This document shows, piece after piece, positions 25,288 to 37,653 of a stretch of 64,000 nt of DNA. The stretch comes from Heterodontus francisci (Eukaryota): contig NC_090383.1 in assembly GCF_036365525.1 (NCBI RefSeq), positions 120,282,531 through 120,346,530 of the forward strand, read 5' to 3'. Below the pieces are notes generated by a model that saw only the letters and a program-made list of their open reading frames with translations, did not search any database and had not been told where the DNA came from. The position numbers and the translations under genes were made by a program. Numbering within the stretch: the stretch's first letter is position 1; the number at the start of each line of letters is the position of its first letter.

Positions 25288-26992
25288 TACAAAGAACAAA
25301 GAACAGTACAGCACAGGAACAGGCCATTCGGCCCTCCAAGCCTACGCCGATCTTGATGCCTGCCTAAACTAACACCTTCTACACTTCCGGGGCCTATATT
25401 TCTCTATTCCCTTCCTCTTCATTTATTTGTCAAGATGCCTCTTAAACGTCGCTATTGTATTTGCCTCCACCACCTCCCCTGGCAGCAAGTTCCAGGCATT
25501 CACCACCCTCTGTGTAAAAAACTTGCCTCGCACATCCCCTGTAAACTTTGCCCCTCTCACCTTAAACCTATATCCCCTAGAAACTGACTCTTCCACCCTG
25601 GGAAAAAGCTTCTGACTATCCACTCTGTCCATGCCACTCATAACTTTGTAAACCTCTATCATGTCGCTCCTCCACCTCCGTCGTTCCAGTGAAAACAATC
25701 CCAGTTTTTCCAACCTCTCCTCATAGCTAATGCCCTCCAGACCAGGCAACATCCTGGTAAACATCCTCTGTACCCTCTCCAAAGCCTCCACGTCCTTCTG
25801 GTAGTGTGGCGACCAGAATTGCACACAATATTCTAAGTGTGGCCTAACTAAGGTTCTGTACAGCTGCAACATGACTTGCCAATTTTTATACTCTATGCCC
25901 CGACCGATGAAGGCAAGCATGCCGTATGCCTTCTTGGCTACCTTATCCACCTGCGTTGCCACTTTCAGTGACCTGTGGACCTGTACACCCAGATCTCTCT
26001 GCCTGTCAATACTCCTAAGGGTTCTGCCATTTACTGTATACCTCCCACCTGCATTAGACCTTCCAAAATGCATTACCTCACATTTGTCTGGATTAAACTC
26101 CATCTGCCATTTCTCCGCCCAGGTCTCCAACCGATCTATATCCTGCAGTATCCTCTGAGAATCCTCATCATTATCCGCAACTCCACCAACCTTTGTGTCG
26201 TCCGCAAACTTACTAATCAGACCAGCTACATTGTCCTCCAAATCATTTATATATACTACAAACAGCAAAGGTCCCAGCACTGATCCCTGCGGAACACCAC
26301 TAGTCACATCCCTCCATTCAGAAAAACACCCATCCACTGTTACCCTCTGTCTTCTGTGACTGAGCCAGTTCTGTATCCATCTTGCCAGCTCACCTCTGAT
26401 CCCGTGTGACTTCACCTTTTGCACCAGTCTGCCATGCGGGACCTTGTCAAAGGCTTTACTAAAGTCCATATAGACAACATCCACTGCCCTTCCTTCATCA
26501 ATCATCTTCGTCACTTCCTCAAAAAACTCAATCAAATTAGTAAGACACGACCTCCCCTTCACAAAACCATGCTGTCTCTCGCTAATAAGTCCATTTGTTT
26601 CCAAATGGGAGTAAATCCTGTCCCGAAGAATCCTCTCTAATAGTTTCCCTACCACTGACGTAAGGCTCACCGGCCTATAATTTCCTGGATTATCTTTACC
26701 ACCCTTCTTAAACAAAGGAACAACATTGGCTATTCTCCAGTCCTCTGGGACCTCACCTGTAGCCAATGAGGATGCAAAGATTTCTGTCAAGGCCCCAGCA
26801 ATTTCTTCCCTTGCCTCCCTCAGTATTCTGGGGTAGATCCCATCAGGCCCTGGGGACTTATCTACCTTAATGCTCTGCAAGACACCCAACACCTCCTCCT
26901 TTTTGGTAACGAGATGACTGAGACTATCTGCACTCCCTTCCCTCGGCTCATCATCCACCAAGTCCTTCTCCTTGGTGAATACTGATGCAATG
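25288..26992 (-). mobile_element. Young 5'-truncated CR1/HER1-like LINE with open RT domain (ORF 25423-26997)
   Basis: Uninterrupted 524-aa frame with KSPGPDGI, YMDFSKAFDKVPH, GVPQGSVLGP and KFADD; 3' UTR and short-repeat tail at ~25290. Confidence 0.92.
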
Positions 26993-27184
26993 ATCACCCT
27001 TACCCAAGTGCTCCCCTACAGACACTTGACCCACCTCATTCCCAGCACCAGATCCAGCAATGCCTCTTTTCTAGTGTGATTGAGAACATACTGATCAAGG
27101 AAGTTCTCCTGAATACATTTTAAAAATTTGTCCCCTTACCCTTTGCTCTCAAACTATCCATATTTGATATTTGGTTAATTAAAG

Positions 27185-27647
27185 TAAAGGCCTGCTACTT
27201 GACTCGAACCCGACAGCACCCGACGACATGTGTCGGGTTCGGGTTGGGACGGGCTCCTCTTCCGGGTCCGTCTTTCAGGTTTGGGTTGCCCAGGTTGGGC
27301 CCTGGTCGGGTCATGCCAACACACACACCAAGTGCTCTGCTGGTAAGTACTGAAATTAAAAAACTTTACTGAGCTGGGAGACCGGGATGAAACTGAGTCT
27401 GCGCAGTGAGCACGTGACGTCACTATGATGTCATCACGCATGCGCTGCAGCTTCCTGGAGGTTCCGAGTTGGAAGGTAAGTAAAGGGATGGTCGGGTCGG
27501 GCTCGGGTCGGGTTGAGTTGGGGTCAGTCTCGGGTCGGGTCGGGCTCGGGGCAAAATCGGAGGGACTTGGGGCGTGTTGGGCTCGTGTCCGCTGTGGTTC
27601 GGTCGAGTTCAGGTTGAGTTCTTTTTCCCGACTTGAGTAGGCCTTTA
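27185..27647. mobile_element. hAT-superfamily MITE (463 bp)
   Basis: TIR TAAAGGCCT(G/A)CT; 8-bp TSD AATTAAAG (27177-27184, 27648-27655); many subterminal CCCGA/TCGGG repeats. Confidence 0.88.
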
Positions 27648-27724
27648 AATTAAAGTCCCCTAATATCACCACTCTGGTTCTTGCACATTACTGTGATTTC
27701 CCTGCTGATTTGTTCCTCTAATTT

Positions 27725-28060
27725 ATTTTTAATTTGTTCATGGGATGTGGGCATCACTGGCCAGGCCAGCATTTATTGTCCATCCCTAATTACCCTTGAG
27801 AAGGTGGTGGTGAACTGCCTTCTTGAACCGCTGCAGTCCATGTGGGGTAGGTACACCCACAGTGCTGTTAGGAAGGGAGTTCTAGGCTTTTGACCCAGTG
27901 ACTGTGAAGGAACGGTGATGTAATTCCAAGTCAGGATGGTGTGTGACTTGGAGGGGAACTTGCAGGTGGCGGTGTTCCTATGCATCAGCTGCCCTTGTCC
28001 TTCAATGTGGTAGAGGTTACGGGTTTGGAAGGTGCTCTCTAAGGAACCTTGGCGTGTTGC
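27725..28060 (-). mobile_element. 3' end of the 31677-34960 LINE family
   Basis: Reverse-complement match to ~34630-34955. Confidence 0.8.
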
Positions 28061-28995
28061 TTATCAAATGCCATATGAAAGTCCATATAAATAATATCCA
28101 TAGATATTCCCCTGTCCATTACTTTAGTCACCTCTTCAAAAAATTCAATCAGATTCATCAGGTATGACCTACCCTTTACAAATCCATGCTGACTCTCTCT
28201 GATCAGCTGAAAATTGGTGATGGGTCAATGGGACTTTGTGTGAGTTAGGATACAGGCATCAGAATTTTGGATGAGTTCAAATTTATGGAGGGTGGAAGAT
28301 GTGAGAGCAGCCAGGAGAGCAGTTGTGTCTGTAGGTAACAAAAGCACGGGTGAGGGTTTCAGCAGCAGATGGACAGGGATAGAGACAGGCAATATTATAG
28401 AAGTGGAAGAAGGCGGCCTAAGTATGTCCAAGTTACAACCTCACAATTTCCTTTGCATTAGAATTGTGAAAATGTAGGTAAAAAGAGGAACTCTTTCAAA
28501 CCCGTTTGTTCTTGTACTTCTCTCTTATTTGTGACATCTTTTACCAGACTGACTGCAATGATATGCGTTTTTTTTTTCAAGTGTCTTCCTTAAATTTTTC
28601 TATCCACAACCCAACTGAGATCAGAAAATCCCCAGTGCTGGGTGTCAGCCCCTGCTATGTTAAAATTAAATGTACATGTCATCAAACCCACAAACAAAGC
28701 CAGTCTTTTAGCAACAGTCAATCTAAAAATTAGCTAATGTGGTATTATTTAGATTTAACTTCCTCTTTCACTGCTTCCTTAATGATTTCCAACAGGAACA
28801 GATCTGGGTCCCTCATATAGATCATTATCATCTATAATTGGGTCACAATCAAACTCTTCTGATAACATTGGTGTATGTCTCACAAAAGTTGTAAGTCTGG
28901 AAGACAGCTGCCAGTATAAGGAGCCAATAAAGAAAGACTTGCATTTCTATAGCACCTTTCACATCCACAGGACTTCCCAAAGCCTTTTACAGCCA

Positions 28996-29270
28996 GAATT
29001 CAATTAATAAATCTGGAATTAAAAGCTAGCCTAATGATGGCCATTGTCGATTGTCATAAAAACCCATCTGGTTCACTGATGTCCTTTAGGGAAGGAAATC
29101 TGCTGTCCTTACCTGATCTGGCCTACATGTGACTCCAGACCCACAGCCATGTGGTTGACTCTGAAATGTCCTCTGAAATGGTCTAGCAAGCCACTTAGTT
29201 GTATCAAATCAGGGCAATAAATGCTGACCTAATCTGTGATGCCCACATCCCATGAATGAATAAAAAAAAA
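28996..29270 (+). mobile_element. 5'-truncated SINE of the 15073-15469 family
   Basis: Same body and 'cccatgaatgaataaaaaa' tail. Confidence 0.8.
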
Positions 29271-29409
29271 GACAGGTGCAAGAATCTATCTCTTCTCTTG
29301 AGTATGGCCTGTACACAGATGCTGGGTTAATTGAACATGATTGACCAGATGCCCTGATAGTGAGTGCTCACTACCTGATGGAACTCAGACTGACTGACTG
29401 GGAAAGCTT

Positions 29410-30105
29410 TTTAAAAGGTGCGAAACTGGTAAGTGTTGACATTCAGAGAAACTTGGGGGTTCTCGTACAAGGAATGCACAAAGTTAACATGCAGGTGCAG
29501 CAGGCTATTCGGAATGCAAATAGCATGTTAGCCTTTATTGCAAGGGGATTGGAGTACAGGAATAAAGAATTCTTACAAAAATTGTACAGGGCTTTGGTGA
29601 GACTACATCTGAAATACTGTGTGCAGTTTTGGTCTCCACATTTAAGAAAGTATATACTTGTACTGGAGGCAGTGCAGGGATGAGGGGTTGTTCGATGATG
29701 AGAGGCTGAGTGAATTGGGCCTATATTCTCTGGAGTTTAGAAGAATGAGAGGCGATCTAATTGAGACATACAAGATTCTGAAAGGGCTTGATAGGGTAAA
29801 AGCTGAGAGATTGTTCCCACGGGTCAGGGAATCTAAAACACAGTCTCAGATTAAGGGGTTGATCATTCAGGACTGAGATGAGGAGAAATTACTACACTTA
29901 AAGGGTGGTGAATTGTTGGAATTCTCTGCCCCATTTAAGGCTGGGATAGACGGATTTCTGGTCTCACAGGGAATCACGGGATGTGATGAGTGGGCAGGAA
30001 AGTGGAGTTGAAGCCTAAGATCAGCCATGATCGTATCGAATAGTGGAGCAGGCTTGATGGGCCATGTGGTCTACTCCTGCTCCTATTTCTTGTGTTCTTG
30101 TGTTT
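29410..30105 (+). mobile_element. CR1 LINE 3' fragment
   Basis: MLAFIARGLEYRNKE...[12 protein letters not shown]; CR1 3' UTR and tail. Confidence 0.8.
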
Positions 30106-30369
30106 CTACGCTCAGTCTTTGGACTAAGCTGAGTGCACTGATCCCCTTCAGGAGCATGATGAGCACTATAGTTAGCTTCAGTACCTTTGGGCCAGGTGAG
30201 GAAAATCAACCAGTGCATCTGTGCCTGATCCCTTTTTGGTGCTGGAGATTGTGTGCGGATGCAAAGGTGAATTTAATGAAAGACTATCAGTGCCTATGGA
30301 TCTCGACTCAAGCAAGAGTCACTGTGTTCAAGAGAAACGGCTTTTAAAGGTGATTGGTACAAACTAGTT

Positions 30370-30589
30370 TGGTTGCTTGTTTGGTGATGTGTGAATATAT
30401 TTCAGTATTTTTTTCAAAGCACAGCCCACTTACTCTTGTTATTCCTTCCTCTTTATGTGGTTTGTATTCGAGCTGTGACAATCGTGTCGGAAGTTGAGTG
30501 AAATTCAGCCATCGCTGAAACATCAGCAGTAACTTATACAGTGTGTGAATGAACAAGAACTTAAACTTCAGAAAATAAGTTTGTTTGAA
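30370..30589 (+). promoter_or_regulatory. Putative promoter and 5' UTR of the VJ-VJ IgSF gene (ETS-RUNX-ETS module)
   Basis: CTTCCTC 30445-30451, TGTGGTT 30456-30462, CGGAAGT 30488-30494, TATA-like TTATACA ~30534; each is conserved in the inverted paralog. Confidence 0.6.
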
Positions 30590-30641
30590 ATGTTTGGCCT
30601 GACGCTCTCAACCCTGACTCTGACCCTCTGTGTGGCAGTGG
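30590..30641 (+). CDS. Exon 1 (signal peptide) of an IgSF gene: MFGLTLSTLTLTLCVAV(G)
   Basis: ATG at 30590, hydrophobic leader, phase-1 GTAAGT donor at 30642; splices in frame to 49687 giving ...CVAVGLEASTVLIQSP. Confidence 0.8.
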
Positions 30642-31676
30642 GTAAGTAAATGCCCAGAGTTTAGTCACCCAATCTGGGTTTAGTTTCTTACAATTATGTT
30701 TTTGAGTTTAATTTATTGATTATGGGTGATGAGTTTGAGGCAGGTGTTTTGTAGACAGATATTTATGTTTAAGAATTGAGATAGTTTGGGCTTTCTCATA
30801 CTTCACTGGGAATTTACACCGTCTGATATGACACTGAGCCACGCAGCCAAGTTATCTTACTCTGGGTCAGTAGAGTGACTGCTGGGGGGTGAAGATCATT
30901 CAGGTCAACTGCTTTGCTCTTCAAGGTTGAGAAGCCAGCAAGAACCACTATGCAGACTCATGAACAAAGTCACTTGGGTGAGGCAGACTGGCACTGCTTG
31001 TGAAGTCAAGGCCAATAATAAGCTAAAAGAAAAGGCTGACAAAAATGCAAGGCAAAGTGGAAATAAAGGAGATAAAAGCAACAATGGGATACAGAGAAAG
31101 TAAATAGGTGAAAAAAGGAAGACAGAAAAAACTTGTGAAGAATATCAAAGCTGTTCTCCTTGGAGCAGAGGAGTTGAGAGGGGATTTGATAGAGTTGTAC
31201 AAGATTATGACAGTTCTAGGTAAGGTAGACCAAGAGAAACTGTTCCAATTAGTTGATGATACAAGGACTAAGGGACACAGGTTTAAGGTTTTGGGCAAGA
31301 GATGCGAGTGGGATGTGAGGAACATTTTTTACACAGCGAGTGGCAATGACCTGGAACTTCCTGCCTACGAAGGTGGTGGAAGCAGAGACGATCAATGATT
31401 TCAAAAGGAAATTGGATGGGCACATGGGGGAAATAAACTTGCAGGATTAGCGGTAGAGCGGGGAATGGGACTGACTGGATTGCTCTACAGAGAGCCGGAA
31501 TGGACTCGATGGGCTGAATGGCCTCCTTCTATGCCACAAATAGCTTTATGAATCTGTGACTGTAAGGCAAATGTTTTTGTAAATATATTTAAGAGAAAAA
31601 GAGTGGCTTAGAGAGAATGTGGGCCCAATAAAGACAGATGCAGGCAAAAGACGTAATAAGGAAATGGCAGACTTGA

Positions 31677-34600
31677 GGGTCGGTGGTGGCGTAGTGGTAT
31701 TATCACTGGACTAGTAACCCAGAGACCCAGGGTATTCCTCTGGGGACATGGGTTCAAATCCCACCACAGCAGAAGGTGGAATTTGAACTTAATAAAAATC
31801 TGGAATTAAAAACTAGTCTAATAATGGCCATGAAACCATTGTTGATTGTTGTAAAAACCCATCTGGTTCACTAATGTCCTTTAGGGAAGGAAATCTGCTC
31901 TCCTTACCTGGTCTGGCCTATATGTGACTCCAGACCCACAGCAATGTGGTTAACTCTTACATGCCCTCTGAAATGGCCTAGCAAGCCACTCAGTTGTATC
32001 TAACTGCTACAAAGTCAATAAAAAGGAATGAAACCGGACGGACCACCCGGCATCAACCTAGGCACCGGAAACGACAACGGCAAACCCAGCCCTGTCGACC
32101 CTGCAAAGTTATCCTTACTAACATCTGGGGGTTTGTGCCAAAGTTGGGAGAGCTGTCCCACAGACTAGTCAAGCAACAGCCTGACATAGTCATACTCACG
32201 GAATCATAACTAACAGACAATGTCCCAGACACTGCCATCACCATCCCCGGGTATGTCCTGTCCCACCGGCAAGACAGACCCAGCAGAGGTGGTGGCACAG
32301 TGGTATACAGTAGGGAGGGAGTTGCCCTGGGAGTCCTCAACATCGACTCCGGACCTCATGAAGTCTCATGGCATCAGGTTAAAATATGGGCAAGGTAACC
32401 TGCTACTGATTACCACCTACCGCCCTCCCTCAGCTGATGACTCAGTACTCCTCCATGTTGAACACCACTTGGAGGAAGCACTGAGGGTGGCAAGGGCACA
32501 AAATGTACTCTGGGTGGGGGACTTCAATGTCCATCACCATGAGTGGCTCAGTAGCACCACTACTGACCGAGCTGGCCGAGTCCTAAAGGACATGGCTGCT
32601 AAACTGGGTCTGCGGCAGGTGGTGGGGGAACCAACACGAGGGAAGAACATACTCGACCTCGTCCTCACCAATCTGCCTGCCGCGGATGCATCTGTCCATG
32701 ACAGTATTGGTAGGAGTGACCACCGCACAGTCCTTGTGGAGACGAAGTCCCGCCTTCACATTGAGGATACCGTCCATCGTGTTGTGTGGCACTATCACCG
32801 TGCTGAATGGGATAGATTTCGAACGGATCTAGCAATGTAAAACTGGGCATCCATGAGGCGCTGTGGGCCATCAGCAGCAGCAGAATTGTACTCAACCATA
32901 ATCTGTAACCTCATGGCCCGGCATATCCCCCACTCTACCATTACCATCAAGCCAGGAGACCAACCCTGGTTCAATGAAGAGTACAGGAGGGCATGCCAGG
33001 AACAGCACCAGGCATACCACAAAATGAGGTGTCAACCTGGTGAAGCTACAACCCAGGACTACTTGCATGCCAAACTGCGTAAGCAGCATGCGATAGACAG
33101 AGCTAAGCGATCCCATAACCAACGGATCAGATCTAAGCTCTGCAGTCCTGCCACATCCAGCCGTGAATGGTGGTGGACAATTAAACAACAGATTGGAGGA
33201 GGTGGCTCCACAAATATCCCCATCCTCAATGATGGGGGAGCCCAGCACATCAGTGCGAAAGATAAGGCTGAAGCATTTGCAACAATCTTCAGCCAGAAGT
33301 GCCGAGTTGATGATCCATCTCGGCCTCCTCCTGAAGTCCCCAGCATCACAGATGCCAAACCTCAGTCAATTCGATTCACTCCACGTGATATCAAGAAACA
33401 ACTGAAGGCACTGGATACTGCAAAGGCTATGGGCCCTGACAATATTCCGGCAATAGTACTGAAGGCCTGTGCTCCAGAACTTGCCGCGCCCCTAGCCAAG
33501 CTGTTCCAGTACAGCTACAACACTGGCAACTACCCTGCAATGTGGAAAATTGCCCAGGTATGTCCTGTACACAAAAAGCAGGACAAATCCAACCCGGCCA
33601 ACTACCGCCCCATCAGCCTACTCTCAATCATCAGTAAAGTGATGGAAGGTGTCATCAACAGTGCAATCAAGCGGCACTTGCTTAGCAACAACCTGCTCAG
33701 TGATGCTCAGTTTGGGTTCCACCAGGGCCACTCAGCTCCTGACCTCATTACAGCCTTGGTTCAAACATGGACAAAAGAGCTGAACTCAAGAGGTGAGGTG
33801 AGAGTGACTGCCCTTGACATCAAGGCAGCATTTGACCGAGTATGGCATCAAGGAGCCCTAGCAAAACTGGAGTCAATGGGAATCAGGGGAAAACTCTCCG
33901 CTGGTTGGAGTCATACCTAGCGCAAAGGAAGATGGTTGTGGTTGTTGGAGGTCAATCATCTGAGCTCCAGGACATCACTGCAGCAGTTCCTCAGGGTAGT
34001 GTCCTAGGCCCAACCATCTTCAGCTGCTTCATCAATGACCTTCCTTCAATCATAAGATCAGAAGTGGGGATGTTCGCTGATGTTCAGCACCATTCGCAAC
34101 TCCTCAGATACCGAAGCAGTCCGTGTAGAAATGCAGCAAGACCTGGGCAATATCCAGGCTTGGGCTGATAAGTGGCAAGTAACATTCGCGCCACACAAGT
34201 GCCAGGCAATGACCATCTCCAACAAAAGAGAATCTAACCATCTCCCCTTGACATTCAATGGCATTACCATTGCTGAAACCCCCACTATCAACATCTTAGG
34301 GGCTACCATTGACCGAAAACTGAACTGGAGTAGCCATATAAATACCGTGGCTACAAGAGCAGGTCAGAGGTTAGGAATCCTGTGGCGAGTAACTCACCTC
34401 CTGACTCCCCAAAGCTTGTCCACCATCTACAAGGCACAAGTCAGGAGTGTGATGGAATACTCTCCACTAGCCTGGATGGGTGCAGCTCCAACAACACTCA
34501 AGAAGCTCAACACCATCCAGGACAAAGCGGCCCGCTTGATTGGCACCCCATCTACAAACATTCACTCCCTCCACCACCGACGCACAGTGGCAGCAGTGTG

Positions 34601-34960
34601 TACCATCTACAAGATGCACTGCAGCGATGCACCAAGGCTCCTTCGATAGCACCTTAAAACCCGCGACCTCTACCAATTAGAAGGACAAGGGCAGCAAATA
34701 CATGGGAACACCACCACCTGCAAGTTCCCCTCCAAGTCACACACCATCCTGACTTGGAACTATATCGCCGTTCCTTCACTGTCGCTGGGTCAAAATCCTG
34801 GAACTCCCTTCTTAACGGCACTGTGGGTGTACCTACCTCACATGGACTGCAGCGGTTCAAGAAGGCAGCTCACCACCACCTTCTCAAGGGCAATTAGGGA
34901 TGGGCAATAAATGCTGGCCTGGCCAGCGACGCCCACATCCCATGAATGAATAAAAAAAAA
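31677..34960 (+). mobile_element. Near full-length CR1/L2-group LINE with a tRNA-derived head and ORF2 only (APE plus RT, a few stops and frameshifts)
   Basis: A-box TGGCGTAGTGG 31687-31697 and B-box GGTTCAAATCC 31751-31761; APE motifs (PDIVILTES, VGDFN, SDH); RT motifs (ALDIKAAFDRVWH, VPQGSVLGP, MFAD); poly(A) ends at 34960. Confidence 0.9.
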
Positions 34961-36780
34961 GATAAACAAAAACTTTGTAGCTGTTCAGATTTGATACATG
35001 GATCAATACATGTGAAAAAATACAATGGAGTAAATGTTGACATTTAAGATAGACAATCTCCAGGACCTGATGGTTTCCATGCCAGGATATCAAAAGAAGG
35101 TGGTGCGGAAATTGCATATGTGTTTGTCATAATTTTCCAAAGCACTCTCAAATCGAAATTATGTCCTTCGGCTGAAAAATTGCAAATGTCATTCTGTATT
35201 TTAAGAAGGGAGGGAGGCAGAAACCAAGTCATTGCAGACCTGTGACCTTAATGCCACTTGCGGGAAGTTATTCGAATATATCATCAGAGACAGAGTGACT
35301 GAGCATTTGGGTAAGTATGAGCTGATCGAAGAATCAGCATGAATTTGAGAAGGGTCGTCATGTCTGGCTAAACTAGTTGAATGTGTTTGGGAGGTCACTA
35401 TCATGATGAATAGGCAGTGTCTATGGATATTGACAGTATGGATTTCCAGAAAAGCATTTGATCAGGTTCCACACAGATTATCAAAAATCAGAACATGTGG
35501 AATTAAAGGCAACATTGTGACACTATTTCTAAATTTGTGTTGACACCAAGTTGGGGGAAATAGTAATCAGGAGGACTGCAACAAATTACAAGAAGACATT
35601 AATAAACTTTCAGAATGGGCATATAATTAGCAAATGAATTTCAACATAGGTAAATGTGAGATATTACATTTTGGTAAGAAAAATAAGGCGATTACATATT
35701 ACTTAGAAAATAAGTGTCTCAATGGGGTCGAGGAGTGAAGGGGTCTGAGAGTACAAATACACAAATTATTAAAACTAGTAACACAGATTGACAAAGCTAT
35801 AAAAGCAAGCCAGGCACCATGGTTTATTTCTAGAGGGATAGAATTGAGACGTAAAGTTATACGAAACTTGTGTCGAAACTTGGTCAGACTTGGAGTACTG
35901 CTTACAGCCGTTCTGGTCGCCATGTTATAAAAAAAGATATAGAGGCACTGTAGAGAGTTCAGAAATGATTTACAAGGATGATATCAGAAATGTGGAGTTA
36001 TACCTACCAGGAGAGGATAAACAGGCTGGGTCTCTTTCCTCTTGAAAAGAGAAGGCTGAGGAGTGACCTAATATCGATCTTTAAAATTATGAAAGATTTT
36101 GATAAGCACAGAGAGATTGCTTCCACTTGTAGGAAGAGAAAACTGGAGGACATAAATCTAAGATATAGTCACCAAGAAATCCAATAGGGAATTCAGAAGA
36201 ATCTGCCTTACCCAGAGAGTGGTGAATGTTGGACTGACTACCACAGAGAGTGGTTGAACCAAATAGTATAGATGCATTTAAGGGAAAACTAGACAAGGAT
36301 ATGAGGGAGAAGGGAATACAGGGTTATGCTGACAGAGTTAAATGAGGAAAGACGGAAGGAGGTTTGAATAGAGCATAAATACCTGCATGAACTGGATGGG
36401 CCAAATGGCCTGTCTCTGTGCTGTATATCCTGTGTGGCCTGGGTTGGTAATTGGTTGGGAGATAGGAAACAGTGATAGGTACTCGTATGAGTAGGGTGTG
36501 ACAAGTGGTGACAAGGGATTGGTACTAGGGACTCGGCTTTTCAGCATATATATTTGTGATTTGGATCGAGGAATAGAGAGTTGCATATCCAAGTTTGCAG
36601 ATGGCACTGAGTTAGGATGCAGAATCGGTTGTGCAGATGGAAACAAGAAGTTACAAAGGACCATAAAAGAATTGAGTGGGCAGAACTATGGTGGGTGGAG
36701 TTTATTATAAAGGAGTGTGTGGTCATTCCTTTGAATCCAAGAAAGACAGATTGGAATATTTTCTTAATATGTTTTATTTG
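34961..36780 (+). mobile_element. Old decayed CR1 fragments; host of the 31677-34960 insertion (left part ~31560-31676)
   Basis: NKEMADL before the insertion continues as NK.FV after it; RT remnants downstream. Confidence 0.65.
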
Positions 36781-37130
36781 TATGGGGTGTTTTGTACACC
36801 ACTCAGTGAGATGCAATGAATGAGTATTTATGTATATCCATTTATATATCAATCTATATTGAAAAATTAACATGCATTTTCTGTCCATTTTACCATTATA
36901 AATTCTCATATGCACACTGCTACAGGTAGGAGGGTGTAATTACAGCGTTACAAGTTTACATGGACAGTTTCCATTAGAAATGCGGACGCAGGAATTTATA
37001 ATGAAAAAAAACAAAATAAAGAATAAAACTTTCAAATAGAGACCAAAGTTGTTCTGTGTATTCTGGTCTTATCGTCCCCTTTGCCTCTAACCCCGTTTCA
37101 CCTGAAGACTGTAGTTGATCTTAATTCCAC

Positions 37131-37653
37131 GGGCTGAATTTTGTGAAGCTGACGGGGATCCCGACAATGGCTGAAAAGGCATGTCTGGCAGGCCCTGGCA
37201 ATGTGGGTGGAGAGTGGTCATTGAGGGTGGGGTGGGGTGTTCGCAGAGGGGCAGCTTTTGCTACTAGGGGCCCTCTGTGGGCCCCAGATTGGTCACAGAG
37301 GAAGCCCCGCCCCAAGTCCATAGGGAGGCTGCCTTGTTTTAATTGGTGACTTTGCTGTGTGGCAGAGGCTCCCTACTATCCCCCCCTCCCCCGCCCCCCT
37401 TGCGGTGGTGGGAAGAGTCCCTTAATTAGCTATTAATTGGCCACTTAACGGCCTCAATTGGCCTCTGGGCTGGAAGGCCATCTTCGGCCTTTGCTGCCCC
37501 TGACTTAATTGCAATGCAATGGGAAGGCAACAGGCCCTCTGCCCCTGCCTTCCATCGCTATCCCATGGGCCCCCCCACCCCCACCCCCACCCCCACCCCC
37601 ACCCCCGGCCCCGGCCCCTAGCCAGTCTCCTGGGGTCCCCTTAAATTCTGTCC
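37131..37653. mobile_element. Harbinger-type MITE
   Basis: GGGCTGAATTT...AAATTCTGTCC imperfect TIRs; 3-bp flanks CAC/CAC; interior related to the 44114 and 46354 elements. Confidence 0.6.
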
